Shown: positions 47,966-60,150 of the stretch, one piece after another
Layout of the letters: every line of letters starts with the position of its first letter
Numbering within the stretch: the stretch's first letter is position 1
Origin: Lama glama
Lineage: Eukaryota
Length of the DNA stretch: 63,551 bases
Direction: 5' to 3'
NCBI GenBank assembly: GCA_028534125.1
Contig: CM052816.1
Span: forward strand, 59,150,450 to 59,214,000
Made by a program: the position numbers and the translations under genes
Notes under the pieces: model-generated
What the model was told of the DNA's origin: nothing
Database searches by the model: none
The model's input: the letters and a program-made list of their open reading frames with translations, nothing else

Positions 47966-48959
47966 ACTATTGAAGAAGAACCAAATGTATATTTTGGAAC
48001 CTGCAACTACGAGAGCTGAAATTAAAATCACCAAAGACCACAGCATTGCTTTGCTGAAAGGACACGTCTCCACTTCTATTTTACTTGACTTTACAGAGGA
48101 TTCAAAGTCGTTGACAAAGTCTTTCTCTGAGCTCTTACTGCTTCTTATCGATTTTCTGTTCCAGTGGCCCCTTTTGCTCCTTGGTCTCTAAATCCTGTGG
48201 CTTCTAAAGCTCTTCTGTTATGTGACTTCTGGTTGATATGTACAAGAGGTCCAAATATGTGTTCTGTGAAATCACAAGGCATACATTCTAAAGATAATAT
48301 AGAAATACAAAAGCACAGTTATGCAGTGAATTCTCTACACATAAAGAAACTGCCTCGCTGGTAAGTATAATTAATCGCAATGATTTTATTCCTGGCACAT
48401 CGCTAGTTTTGAGAAGTTTAGGAAACTTTCAAATGACTTACCCTGAAAATACTAGATGGAGCATGTGTTTGTGAACTCTGGGGTCAAGGGATCAGACCTA
48501 GGGCCAGGTGGAGAGAGAGTGATTCAGGATTCGATTTTTATTCTAGGGCTGAGTCCTCACTAATGATGGTGGAAGGACGGTACTGTTAACCCAAGTAATG
48601 TAGAAAATCTTTGCTAAGTTTCATTTAAAGGCCCTGTAATTTTTTTTTACAGAAAGGGTTGTTCTGACATTGCGAGTTTCTGGTTTCTTCATCAGGCAAG
48701 GCTGCTGGCCTATCGCTTATGATTTCAATTTCCATTAAAACGCTTGTTTGCTCCCAGATTGACTTCACCTCTGTCTTCTTCCTTTGTGGTCCTGCTTAAA
48801 TGTACATGGATTCATCAGTGTGCTAGGTTAGGGCCATAGTCAGACTTCAAATAATTTGTTAAGCTGATAGATTCAAAGACCAGAAATACACACTGGACTT
48901 GCCAGTGCCTTTATGAAAAACTGAAAATTTGGGGCATATATAATAATGATAATGAAATA

Positions 48960-49200
48960 AGGTTGATCTCTGACTGTATGCCATGCACTGAATCAGGTGC
49001 TTTATAAGTCTGATCTCACTTAATTCTCCATCGACCTTATATGGCAACTACATTTATTATTCCTAGCCTATGGATGTGTAAACAGAGGCTCAGAGAGGTT
49101 AAGTCACTAGCCCAAGGTCAACCAGCAGATAAGTTGCACGACCTAGATTTGAACCTAGGCTATTCCACTCCAGAGTCCTAACTACTGTCTGTCACTGTCT
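48960..49200 (-). mobile_element. MIR SINE
   Basis: gatgtgtaaacagaggctcagagaggttaagtcactagcccaaggtcaaccagc...agatttgaacctaggc...ctccagagtcc. Confidence 0.9.
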
Positions 49201-49257
49201 CTCTTTATGGTCCTAGGGCATTTCTCATCAGTTTACATCTGTGATGGCATTTCAGGT

Positions 49258-49450
49258 GAGCAAGGGATCTCAACCCTGGGTGCACACTGACTCCCTGAGG
49301 ACCTTTTGAAATATACCAAGCCCAAGCCCAGCCTCCAGAGATTCTGATTTAATTGGAATTGAGGCCAATCCTGATATCTTCAGCTTAGGCAGAGGCTGGC
49401 ATTTGGTTTTTTAGAAAAGTGATTCCAAAGCTCAGGCAAACTCTAGGTTA
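49258..49450. mobile_element. MER5-family MITE
   Basis: caagggatctcaaccctgggtgcacactgactccctgaggaccttttgaaatatacc...cccagcctccagagattctgatttaattgg. Confidence 0.7.
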
Positions 49451-49559
49451 GAGATAGATTTTCTCTGAGAAACGGATGCACAGACTCTGGGAGTTTAATG
49501 CCCTCCCCTCATTCTTTTCACCCTGCTCTGAATGCTCATGCCTTCTTCCCCATGGACAC

Positions 49560-49830
49560 TCCGGTCTCAAGAATCAGCTCCTATAAGAAGTTTTCTCATC
49601 ATTCCCTTCCTTTGTACTCCCTAAGCAATTTCATGTTTAGCTTGGCCCAGTTATTGTGGTGAGTGCCCTCTAGATAGATTTTGGCCGATTGACGTGTGCT
49701 ACGTCTTCCTGCCCTGTTGATTTGTATAATCCTTAAGGACAGAACTGTGTCTTCTCCAACTTCTCTTTCCCTTAAGATACCTTGCTTCATGCTGTGTGTA
49801 CAGGTGTGTGAAAAATGCTGGCTAAGTTAG
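49560..49830 (+). mobile_element. L2 remnant
   Basis: tgatttgtataatccttaaggacagaactgtgtctt...caggtgtgtgaaaaatgctggct. Confidence 0.45.
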
Positions 49831-49899
49831 TGGCAAAGCTTCTGTGGGATTTCAGACCTACGAGAGAGTGAGCAAGCAGAAAAGAGGAAAAATAAAACA

Positions 49900-50240
49900 A
49901 GAACTGACAGTCTTGGGGCTTCAGGAAAATTGAGGAAGGCCTTGCTGAGGGAGGGGATGATTGAGATGAAAATCTGAGGAGGCAGGCATGGAAATTCTGG
50001 AGAGTGTTCCAGACAGAAACCTTGGAAGCAGGCGTGACTTTGTGTGCTTGAGGAAGAGAAAGAGGGTCAGCGTGGGGCAAATACTGAACAAGGAGGCTGG
50101 TGCGGAGGTCAGAGATGAAGGTTGTGTCAGCATCTGCGGCCTTGCACATCACAGTAAGGAGTTTGAATTTCATTGTGGACATAATGGAATTTTGAAAAGT
50201 ACATGTAACCAAACTGCGATTCACAGTCAACTGATGATGC
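49900..50240 (-). mobile_element. L2 internal fragment
   Basis: ggaaggccttgctgaggg...agagtgttccagacagaaac...ggccttgcacatcacagtaaggagtttgaatttcatt. Confidence 0.75.
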
Positions 50241-50569
50241 AGATGCAAATGTATGTGGGTTGTCCTAATTATTTCATATATTTGGATGGAGGCCTTAAGG
50301 AAATTCTCCCAGTGACCTCAAAGGTAGGGAAAGCTTTAGTGTATTAGGTTATATTTGTTCCAACAAAACATGTCCATTGACCCAGTGCCTGAGGGACAGA
50401 TCATCACTCACTATGGCTTTTTTCCTAACTATGCTGAAAGCGGGGAAAGGAAAGGAATACCCCTGACTAAATGTTTGTCTTATTTTACTCTGGTGGTAAC
50501 TTGGCAGTAGCAGAATTGTGGTTCACCATGTCATTTAATAGCATCAATTGACTGTACAACTCCACTTTC

Positions 50570-51261
50570 TCTTTCGTTATTTCAGTATGAAACCTACAAG
50601 TAGCAGAAACCTGATGGTGGACATTTGGTATATTATTTATTGCCTCCCGAATTCTGTGAGTCAGGAGGCCAGGCATCGCCTCTGCTCAGGGTCTCAGAAG
50701 GCTGTAATCAGAGCGTCTGCTGGGCTGCATTCTCATCTGGAGGCTTAACCAGGGAAAAACCTGCTTCTGAAGTCGCTGAGGTTGTTGGGGAGAATATTTC
50801 CTTGCAGCTGTAGGACTAAGGGCCGCCCTTTGCCATGTGAGCCAATCTGCTAACAAGATGGAATCTTTCTTCTTTTTAAGTTTTAGTTGAAGTGTGGTTG
50901 ATTTACAATGTTAGTTTCAGGTGTACAGCAAAATTCAGTTATACATATACATACACAGACATATTTGCTTTTCAGATTCTTTCCCATTATACGTCATTAC
51001 AAGAAATTGAATACAGTTCCCTGTGCTATACAGTGGGTCTTTGTTGTTTATTTTATATACAGTAATGTATAATAAGATGAAATATTAAATAACACAACAT
51101 AATCATGAAAAAGACAGCCCGTCATCTTTGCCATATTCTGTTGGGTTCGAAGCAAATCACAGGTGCTGTCCAGACACAAGAGGAGCAGAGTACACAAGGG
51201 CAAGAATACTAGGAATATAGGATCTGGAGTCATGGAAGCATCTTACAGTCTTTCCATAGCA
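50570..51261 (-). mobile_element. MaLR solo LTR (MLT1E/F-like), interrupted by an L1 tail
   Basis: ttctgtgagtcaggag...ctctgctcagggtctcagaaggctgtaatca...gggctgcattctcatctggaggctt; resumes catctttgccatattctgttgggttcgaagcaaatcacagg. Confidence 0.8.
50868..51069 (-). mobile_element. Short lineage-specific L1 3' tail with decayed TSD
   Basis: ttgaagtgtggttgatttacaatgttagtttcaggtgtacagc...cagttccctgtgctatacagt. Flanks taacaagatggaatctt (50851-50867) and taataagatgaaatatt (51070-51086), 14 of 17 identical. Confidence 0.88.
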
Positions 51262-53539
51262 CTTGGTTTTATTAAAAAAAAGTATTTGTCTTTGGAAGTT
51301 ATAATCTACTAATGTAATAAAATTCAGTAGTTGCTGATAAGCTGATACCTTGAACATTTTCCTTTTATAAATTTGAACTTTGTTCTTCATGGGTCTCTTC
51401 TGAAAGTAGAGGGGGAGGTACATCTTTTTAACATGAGTTTGAACTGGTTTGTAAACAAACAGCTGCACAGTTACTGGGTTTTATGACAGTCCAAGTCTAC
51501 CTCCTATCTTTTTGAGGTAAGATCACTCCATCCCATACCATCCAACAGGCAGCCAAAATAAATCTATGGAATTTTTTACCTGCCTTGTTAGGAGACTGCT
51601 TTCTTTGGAATGTCTGCAGAGTTGAGTGTCCTCTGTGCATGCTCACATGATGCTCTGTCATCTTTGGGAAGAGAGCCAACATTATAAAATATTGCCAGCA
51701 AAAAAATGGATCACAGCAAAATAACCCGGGCATTTAACCAGCCTGTGTGCTTGGCGTGCTTGATTTCCACGTCCTTTTAGCAGAGATTCGCCTTTTATTG
51801 CCACTTTTTGCCTAGCCGGTATTTTAGTGGTTCCTTTTGCTTCTGGAAACATCAGCCCCAAGATATTAAATCCAAAGTGTGTTGGTGTCAAGTCAGAAGC
51901 AGTACTAAGTAGATTGGCAGGAGTACTAAGAATTCCCATTACCACCATATTCACCCCTCCCAGCCTTCCCTCCCTGTTGCCACCGCCTTTTAAAAATGCG
52001 GACAGTTGATGTTTTCACAGACATACGTAAAGTGCTATGAACTAGGCTCCAGGTAAGACTCCTTTCTAGACCTCCACCCTTCTGACCAGACTGCTGCCCC
52101 CAAGCCTCTCCCGCTGAGGTGTTCTGGGACTTCTTCCATTTCAGGCTGATATTCGCTAAGAGAGATTTGGAAACACTTACATCTTTTTCTTTTTTAACCC
52201 TTGCCTTAGAATTCAAAGGTGGGGGGGGTCATCTTAAATATTATCTGAAGGACAGATGTGAACTCGCTGCTTCCCAGACCCAGACAACTGGTTTGGTTTC
52301 TTCTCTGAGAGGTGGTTGCTGCCAACCTCTTGAGGTTTCCTGGGTCAAAGAAACAGAATTTAGAACCTATAAGTGTTGACCAAGACAAATGCGGCAACTT
52401 TAATCAGTTAAGTATAAATAAATCAGAAATTCATGGTTTAAATTGCCTTTGAAATACATACACGCTTAGAGGTTAAGGAGAGAAAGCATTTGGCAGAACA
52501 CATCTGCGGAGTCGCCAGCCATATAATGCTTGAAAAACAGCCAGGTAAAATTTGCCAAACATGAAAGCAGCCAGCTTCGCTCATCTCCACATTAAAGAAA
52601 CATTAAAGTCTTTATTGACCTGAACCTACTGAATAAGGGGAATTTTAGGGTTGAGACTAATGTTTCTTTGAAAAAATCACCTCCAACTGCCTAATTACTG
52701 CTGAAATCTCTGTGCGATATTGCGTATCTAATGCCTGATATTCAATAATACACAACTGTGGAGTCTGCAAATAAGTAAAGGATGTTACAAAGAGGGCAGG
52801 GACGAATTCGCCTCATTAGGTCCAGCAAGCATAAGGACAAGTAATGGCCTCTCCCTGCAGTGGGAAGAAGTAAATGAAATGCTAGAAAAGATGGCATTAC
52901 GTAATCAACAAGGCCACAAATGCATCAGGATGCAAAACGGCTCTCCCGAGAGGCCAGGTGGAAAGTATATAATAGACAGAGTTTTGAGGTTCTCAAAGGA
53001 AAAAAAGAAAAGAAGTAGTACTCAAGTAACAGTGATAATTATTATTTATTTGTTGTTGTTATTGTTGCTACCATTTATTAGATACCTAGCATGTGCTTAA
53101 AACTGAGCTATGCTCTATGCTAAACCTTGTGCTTATACTACTTCTAAACCTAACAGCCCTTCTGCACAAGTATTCAGTTGTGTAAAATTATAAAAACTTT
53201 TATAAAATTCCTGATCAGAATCTAGAAGCCATGTTGTTGTCCATCTGAACGTTAGGTCACTATTGAAAGGTATCACTGAACAGCTGGAATGCCTTATACT
53301 TAGAAGTCCTTGCAGATTTCCAACCATTCAAACACACTGTCTTGCCCAGTCTGATCCAAAGTGATTATTTGAAGCATATCACAGAACCAGTTGAACAACT
53401 ATTAGGGATAGGTTGTCCAGTCTGTGCTCAAATTTGCTAAGAAGATGCAAATAGTATTTCTTAGAATTAATGGACCAAAGTTATTTCTCAGCATTAATAA
53501 CCAACTGACCAATTCTGCACTGAGTATGATAATGTGAAA

Positions 53540-54230
53540 TAATATTTATTTTGAAAGCCTATGTACCACATACTATTCTAATAGTTTCTATATATAGTAA
53601 TTCATTTAACCTTTGAAATAAACATGATATAATTTTTAATCAGGAGTGACTAGTATTTGACATAGTATTAGAACTGATGAACTGCTGTAACAAGCATCCT
53701 CCAAATCTTAGTGGCTTGATACAACAGAAGATTAATTTTGTGCTTACATCACAGTCAGTTGGATGATTGGCAGACAGCTTTTCACACCATGATTTGGGGA
53801 GGCAGCAACTTCTTTGGGGTCCTCAGAATCCTCTCCTGGTTCTTCTGTAACTGGGCAGCAGACAATGAGAGGAGAGAACGAGCATGGAAAATTTTGTGGG
53901 AGGTTTTTGGGGGCCATCCCAGTAGTGGCATAGCTACTTGTGCCCACATTCTAATGGTTAGAACTAGCCACAGAACCCCATACGGATGCAAGGAGAAAAT
54001 GGGAGGTGTGATTTTCCTTTGTTCCCAGGAGGGAAAAGAAACAGTGTGGTAGACATACAACAGTGTTTCTGCCACAGATGGGTCCTGAAATTATCCCTGC
54101 TTTGTAGCTGAGGGAAGTAAGGCACTGAAAGGTTCAGTACACAATATCACACAGTCAGGGAGTAGGGTGTAGATTCAAAAACAAGAAGTTTTATTCCTAA
54201 GCCTATGCTTGTAACCACAACTCTACTGCC
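53540..54230 (-). mobile_element. MIR SINE split by an MLT1 LTR (parts about 53540-53630 and 54077-54230)
   Basis: gcctatgtaccacatactattctaatag...ttcatttaacctt, then ttatccctgctttgtagctgagggaagtaaggcactgaaaggtt...atcacacag. Confidence 0.6.
53660..54076 (-). mobile_element. MaLR solo LTR, MLT1J-like
   Basis: ctgctgtaacaagcatcctccaaatcttagtggcttgatacaacagaag...cacattctaatggttagaactagccaca...tgcaagg...tttctgccaca. Confidence 0.8.
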
Positions 54231-54315
54231 CCTCAATTATTGCAGGGTGAGAAACATTATTCTCAAAACATCACTGTTTGGTTTGATAGTTTTACCCCAG
54301 GTCTAGTCCCAGATT

Positions 54316-54839
54316 TCTTTTTAGTTGAAGTATAGTTGGTTTACAGTGTTGTGTTAATTTCTGATGTACAGCATGTTTCAGTTACGCACATATATTCCTT
54401 TTCATATTTTTTCATTATAGGTTATTATAACATATTGAAGATAGTTCCCTGTGCTATACAGTAGAATCTTGTTGTTTACCTATTTTATATATAGTAGTTA
54501 GTATCTGACGATCTCGAACTCCCAATTTATCCTTTTCACCTTCCCCCACCCCATAAGCATAAGTTTGTTTTCTATGTCTGTAAGTCTTTTTCTATTTTGT
54601 GAATAAGTTCATCTGTGTCATTGTTTTAGATTCCACATATAAGTGATATCATATGGTATTTTTCTTTCTCTTTCTGGCGTACTTGACTTAGAATGACAGT
54701 CTCCAGGTCCATCCATGTTGCTGCAAATGGTATTATTTTATTCTTTTTTATGGCTGAGTAGTATTCTATTGTGTAAATATACTACAACTTCTTTATCCAA
54801 TCATCAGTCGACGGGCATTTAGGTTGCTTCCATGTCTTG
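54316..54839 (-). mobile_element. 5'-truncated lineage-specific L1 (3' UTR, about 520 bp)
   Basis: ttgaagtatagttggtttacagtgttgtgttaatttctgatgtacagc...ttagattccacatataagtgatatc...tttaggttgcttccatgtctt. Flanks ag(t/c)cccagatt at 54305-54315 and 54840-54850. Confidence 0.93.
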
Positions 54840-56714
54840 AGCCCCAGATTATTATTTAAACATTTTCATGATTGGGTAAGTGTGCCATTTGCAGGTCATA
54901 TTCTAAACCATTTATTCAAACAAAACAAGATTCCAAACTCTATGCAAAAACTGAGTATCAGTCTTTCACCCCCACCACCCATGTTCTTTCCTAATCTTAG
55001 ACCCACCCACTCACTTACTACCTGCTATTGCCACCACCACCAAAAAAGAAAAAAAGAAAGAGAAAGTCCTGATAAAGCTTCCGTGGTATTTGGGAAGGGC
55101 AAGGGGAGTTTAGTTAGTTAATATCTGCCCACTCCTGAAATTAACCAGACATTTGGCTCTTGTCCTGTAATGGATGGTTAAAAATATCAAACCATAAGCT
55201 CTAAAAGAGTTGAGGCCAACTTTCAGCCTTGTGTTCCATGGCAGGCTGCTACATGACTTTCCTTACCCACAAATGCAGTTGCTCCTGCATCCAAACATAT
55301 CTGAAGCTGTACCACTGGGGGTCCCCTGTGGTGCCTCTCCCTGAAGTCTTAGAGGCAACCTCGGGCTGGCCTGGGGTCAGACCCTTGGGAATCTTCAGAA
55401 ACCTGCTTGTCAGATGTGTACATGTCAACACGCCACCTGTTCTGGCAGGAAACCAACTCTCTATTTCTTCCTCCTTTGGGAAGTGTGCCTGTTTCTGGCA
55501 TCTGTCCCCACTTTTCCTGCTTCACACACCGAGACAAAGAAGTCATTTCAGTTCTCTTGCCATCTTTCCCACTTCTTAAAAAAAGTTCTTGAGTTCAACA
55601 GTCCCATTGACTTGGTTGTCTTCCTCTACTTTATATATTTTGAACTATTTTAGTTTCCTTATGCAGTATTCTTGCTCCATTTTTCTCTTCTAGTTTCTCT
55701 TGTTTCTGTTTGGAGTCTTAATTCCATCTCTTTTTATCACCTCTAATTATACAAAAGAACCCTCTCTTAAGTAAGATACAATCAACTATTGATCTTAATG
55801 GTTTTCATTGCTATTCTGGAACATTCTGTCATTTATCTTTAAACAAGTTTGATTATTTCCTTTTCTGTCCTTCTCATAAGGCATGCTAAGGTCTAGCCTG
55901 TCTGAATGACAAAACATGGCAGTATTAAACTGTGGGTTCACACGACTGATCTGTACTTTCAGAAACACTGCTTTCTGGATTTTTAAAGGAACATTAAGCT
56001 GTCAATTTTCCCCCAAATTCCTGCCACCTCTGTTGTTTCAAATGTGATTTCTTTGGAGTGTGGAAAGAAATGGGTTCTAAGAAGGTTGCCTCATGGTCGT
56101 GTAGGCAGGTCAGATGGATTTTCCTCTTCCTACAGAATCATCCTATGATCTTGAAAAAATGAAGCTGCAGGACAAAAGTGTATTTAAAGAAAGATATTAT
56201 GGGACCGGAAGCTCAGAGCATTTAACTTTACTTCTGTGACTCAGATGGCCTCCCATTTTAAGCAAGTCATCTGAACGCTGTGTACTTTGGTTTTGCCTTT
56301 TTATAAAAAAGGAAGCCAATAAAAATATAGCACCCCAAATATAGGCCCCTAACAAACTTCCAATAAATGGCTCATTAAAATCATCTTCAGAACGATGTGG
56401 GTGAAAAATTAATGAATTTACCAGCAAGTTTGTCTCCCAGGAATCGGAATTTTGTGAACATTCTTTGCCCTCCTCCTTCTAGCGCCTCTTCCCAAACTGT
56501 TGGCTAGTTCTTCTCTCCCAATGAGCAATGTTTGGATTTGCCTGGTATGTTTCAAGAGGCATAACAATTTTAGTGAAAAGCATGAAAGGACAGGGCATGA
56601 TGAGATTTATGGTGCGTCCTCTTGGACATGATGTGAATTTCCTTGTCCTCATCTGTCTGTCCACCCTATTATGTGTCACAAGTCAATAATCCTGCAAGTT
56701 GTCAAGAAAGGGCC

Positions 56715-56895
56715 CAATACTGGCTCCATCTCCGATCAGCTGCATAATTTTCAGCACGATCTATAACCTCTCTAAGCTTTAGTGTCCTCCTAAATAAAGA
56801 CCTCCTTGGGAGCTATGAGGATAAAATGGAGGAAAGCATGAGAAACACTTAACACAGTGCCTGGCATATAGTTGACATGCAACAGTTAGCTCTCG
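56715..56895 (+). mobile_element. MIR SINE
   Basis: ctataacctctctaagctttagtgtcctc...tgaggataaaatgga...aaacacttaacacagtgcctggcatatagt. Confidence 0.8.
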
Positions 56896-57589
56896 CATCA
56901 GCTCCATGAAGAATATTTTTTAAATATTAAATGAATCTCTCTTCCTCTTCCTTTCAAACATTAATCCCTGGCAAATCCTGTTTCCCTAAATTCCTTTGGC
57001 CTTTCCAGTTGATTGCCACAGGGAAAGAGTGGGTAGGCACACACGAAAACTCAGAAGTTATCATTTAGCTCTGAGCTGAAAAGTTCTGAGCTGGTAGTGT
57101 GACAATCACCTTGAAAGCCAAGCTTTTGAAAAAGAAAAGAGCCTTTTGACTGTGAAGCTTCCCTTCACTTAACAGGAGTCAAGCCCAGTAGATTTGGACT
57201 CTAGAGCTTTACTTACAAGCCCTAGGAAAAGGAAGAAGGAAAATGTGATTCAAGAAAAAATTTCACCTGACTGAAAGGGAAAGTAAGAAAACACCTCAGG
57301 TTAAGAGGAGTCCAAGAAGAAGAAGGAAAGAGAAGCAAGATGGCAGAATGGAGGAATATGAGTTCACCTTCAGGATGAAAATTGTGGGTGGAAGACGGTT
57401 TGAAAAACTCTGAGAGAAGGCTGACATAGCCCTAACATCTCAAAATAAGTATAGAGAATTTGAGAAGCCCTTTAGGGGAGCCCCCTGGTTTCAGTCTAGC
57501 ACTGGCCCCTCCCAGGTGGGAATTTAGAAAGGCCCAAGAAATCCTACATGGCTGGGATGGAGTTCTAGAATCCCTGGGCATCTCAATAA

Positions 57590-57797
57590 AAGCAAAGATT
57601 AACCAGTATATATAAAATAGATTAAAAAACAAGTATCTTCTATATAGCACAGGGAACTATATTCAGTATCTTGTAATAACCTTTAATGAAGAAGAATATG
57701 AAAATGAATATATGTGTATGTATACATGACTGAGACATTGTGCTGTACAGAAATTGACACATTGTAACTGACCATACTTCAATAAATAAAAAAAAAA
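57590..57797 (+). mobile_element. Short lineage-specific L1 3' tail with poly(A)
   Basis: tatatagcacagggaactatattcagtatcttgtaataacc...attgtaactgaccatacttcaataaataaaaaaaaa. Confidence 0.9.
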
Positions 57798-59309
57798 GGA
57801 ATCAAGAAGTGCTAGAGACCACTGAACCAGAGAAGGACTGAGAAAAGTCCAAGACATGAGATAAGGAAGTTATTTCATGACGCTCAGTCCTCTAGTCAGG
57901 AGACTGGAAGAAACCACAGACTTCTTCTGCCTCAAGTGCTAGGTGTGATTGAGATAAGCTGGATCACACTAGGACAAGCACAGTCACCAGAAACAAGATC
58001 CAAATGGTCACCTGGTGTTGGAGGCCTGGAGCACCTGTCCAAGAGCAGCAGAGGCAGAGTGACCCCTCTGTGGTAGCCTTAACTTTCCTCTCCTGCCTGT
58101 GGAAACGAAGCGCCTCTGAGCAAGATATGATCTGAGAGAGAAGTTAAAGAATCTATATTTCTTGTTGTGAATCTGAATATAATTGATAAATTTCCAACCC
58201 TTCTACAAAAATAATCAAGAACTGGCTTCATATGGAAGCTGACATTCAGTTTGTCTGTATGTAAGGGGATTTGGGCATAGGACATCTAACTACATCACAG
58301 ACCTGTGGTGAAAGAGGGAAAAGCCTTTTGAAAAAGAAATTTTCAAGCTCCACAGAATAAAGATGGTAGTCTGCCACAATAACGTATTATTTTTTCATAT
58401 GAGAGTGGGTCACCTGAGGGCATCTACCAAAACATACACACCTGTAGACACGTCACGCCAACCACTTAGCCATAGGAGTGGTCCTGAACAAAGTTTATGA
58501 GTCCTAATCAGATGTAACCTCGCTACTGACTGCCTGAAGCATTCCCTGTTTGGGGCTGAAGTAATCCAACTAAAAATATACCTACCAATCAAGACCTCCC
58601 TGTTGTTCCTAGCTGCACGGAGGCTCAGGGCAGAAAAAGTCTCCTAATGTACTTCAGAGGGCCCACAGCACTTCAGGATACTAATTCACACCAGTATGGT
58701 GGAAGGCAGAATAGATGTGTAGCACAGTTCCCAATAATGTCAGCAAACTCAAGGTGTTAGCATGTGAAATGAGGTTGTTATGCTGATGACAGTGATTATA
58801 TCAACTGTTCCTCCTTACAATCCTTGGGTGCTTTTAGATCCTGGACACTAAAGTTAGCCACCAGTAATTTAGAGGTCAAATTTTCAGCAGCCATTCAAAA
58901 TTAATTGGTTCATTTCAACTCAGGGGTATTAGGCAACAGAAGGAATCAGGTTCTCAAACTGGTTTGTACCACATCTTTGTAGCTCATGCTTGATGAAGTC
59001 CTGAGCAAATAGTTCTTTCAGACATTACTCAACCAGGAGGTCATTTCTGCTGTTGTCAGAATGGAAATCCCAAGAACACATATTTTAGAGTCCACAGACA
59101 GTCTGCATAGTGTACTTCAGTAACTTCTAAAGCTTCACTGTTGGAAAATTCTTCATTTTGTAACCTAAGTCTTCCAGCCTCGTGAGGATTCACAATATCC
59201 TTGAATGGTCATCAGTCTTGTTCCAAGTCTCCATCTTGGATATACGAAGTCTCATCATCTCAAGTGTTTCTAAATGTTCATGGATGGCTTACATTCCTGG
59301 TGGTTGCTT

Positions 59310-59805
59310 ATTCTTAGTTAGGGATTGGGCATGGCTGCACGTAACCCAAACTTGACTGCTGTAGTTTAACCAAGCAGAAGGGGGGCAGTTTTTTCTCCTA
59401 CTTCCAGTCTGGCATTGAGCTGTCCAAGGGCTCAGTGAGGTCTTCGGTGTTCCAGGCTCCTTCAATATTTCTTTCCTCTATCCTTAACACAAGGCTTTGC
59501 CTCATTCTTGTTGCTTCCTGGTTACAAGATGGCTGCCCCCGTTCCAAGCTCTGGTCTTTGCTCTCAGCAGAAAGAAGGGACAATTGACTAAGGGGCAACC
59601 CTTGAAGCAGGAAAGGAAAACTTTCCCAGAAATCCCTCGCGGACTTTTAATTAGGTCTCAATGGCTTGACGTGCATGTCAGTGCTTTCCCTGAAGCCTGA
59701 GAAAGGAAGGATTTCAGCGAAGTGCATTCCCACCTGAAACAAAAATACGAACATGGTTGGTAAGGAAAAAGGGAGGTATGGCATCTGAGCACCCAGCAGT
59801 GTCTG
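59310..59805 (-). mobile_element. Old MaLR LTR (MLT1K/L-like)
   Basis: ttagttagggattgggcatggctgcacgtaac...ccaggctccttc...tggttacaagatggctgcc...ctttcccagaaatccc...tcaatggc. Confidence 0.7.
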
Positions 59806-60024
59806 CGAGCCTCCCCACCCCTCATCCTGAGCCACTGCTCCTGGCTTCTCCACACGAGCCAAGACTGGCCAACTCCTAAGTGCTGGGCGAGGCAACTCTA
59901 ACTCTAGATATGAGGTATGAATGCCTCCTTGGCAGCCTTGCCTCCTCCTGAGGGAGTAGCCTCCAGGGCATTATTTCCTGTTCCTCCAGCCTGCCGCCAT
60001 AGTGCTGAGACCACCTTATTTCCT

Positions 60025-60150
60025 TATTTATTCAGTTAACGTGTTTTGAGCAACTTCTATGTATCAAGGACTATTCTAGACCTGGAGATATGGAAGACAC
60101 CAAGATCTCAAGGCCCCACCCTTCACGGACCTTACATTATCATGGAGGAA
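60025..60150 (-). mobile_element. L2 3' terminus
   Basis: tttattcagttaacgtgttttgagcaacttctatgtatcaaggactattctagacctggagata...cccttcacggaccttacatt. Confidence 0.75.

Noticed and set aside
57200..57580. Possible ancient L1 5' end (agcaagatggcagaatggagg)
   Set aside because: Only one short motif matches; I cannot support a family or boundaries without an alignment.
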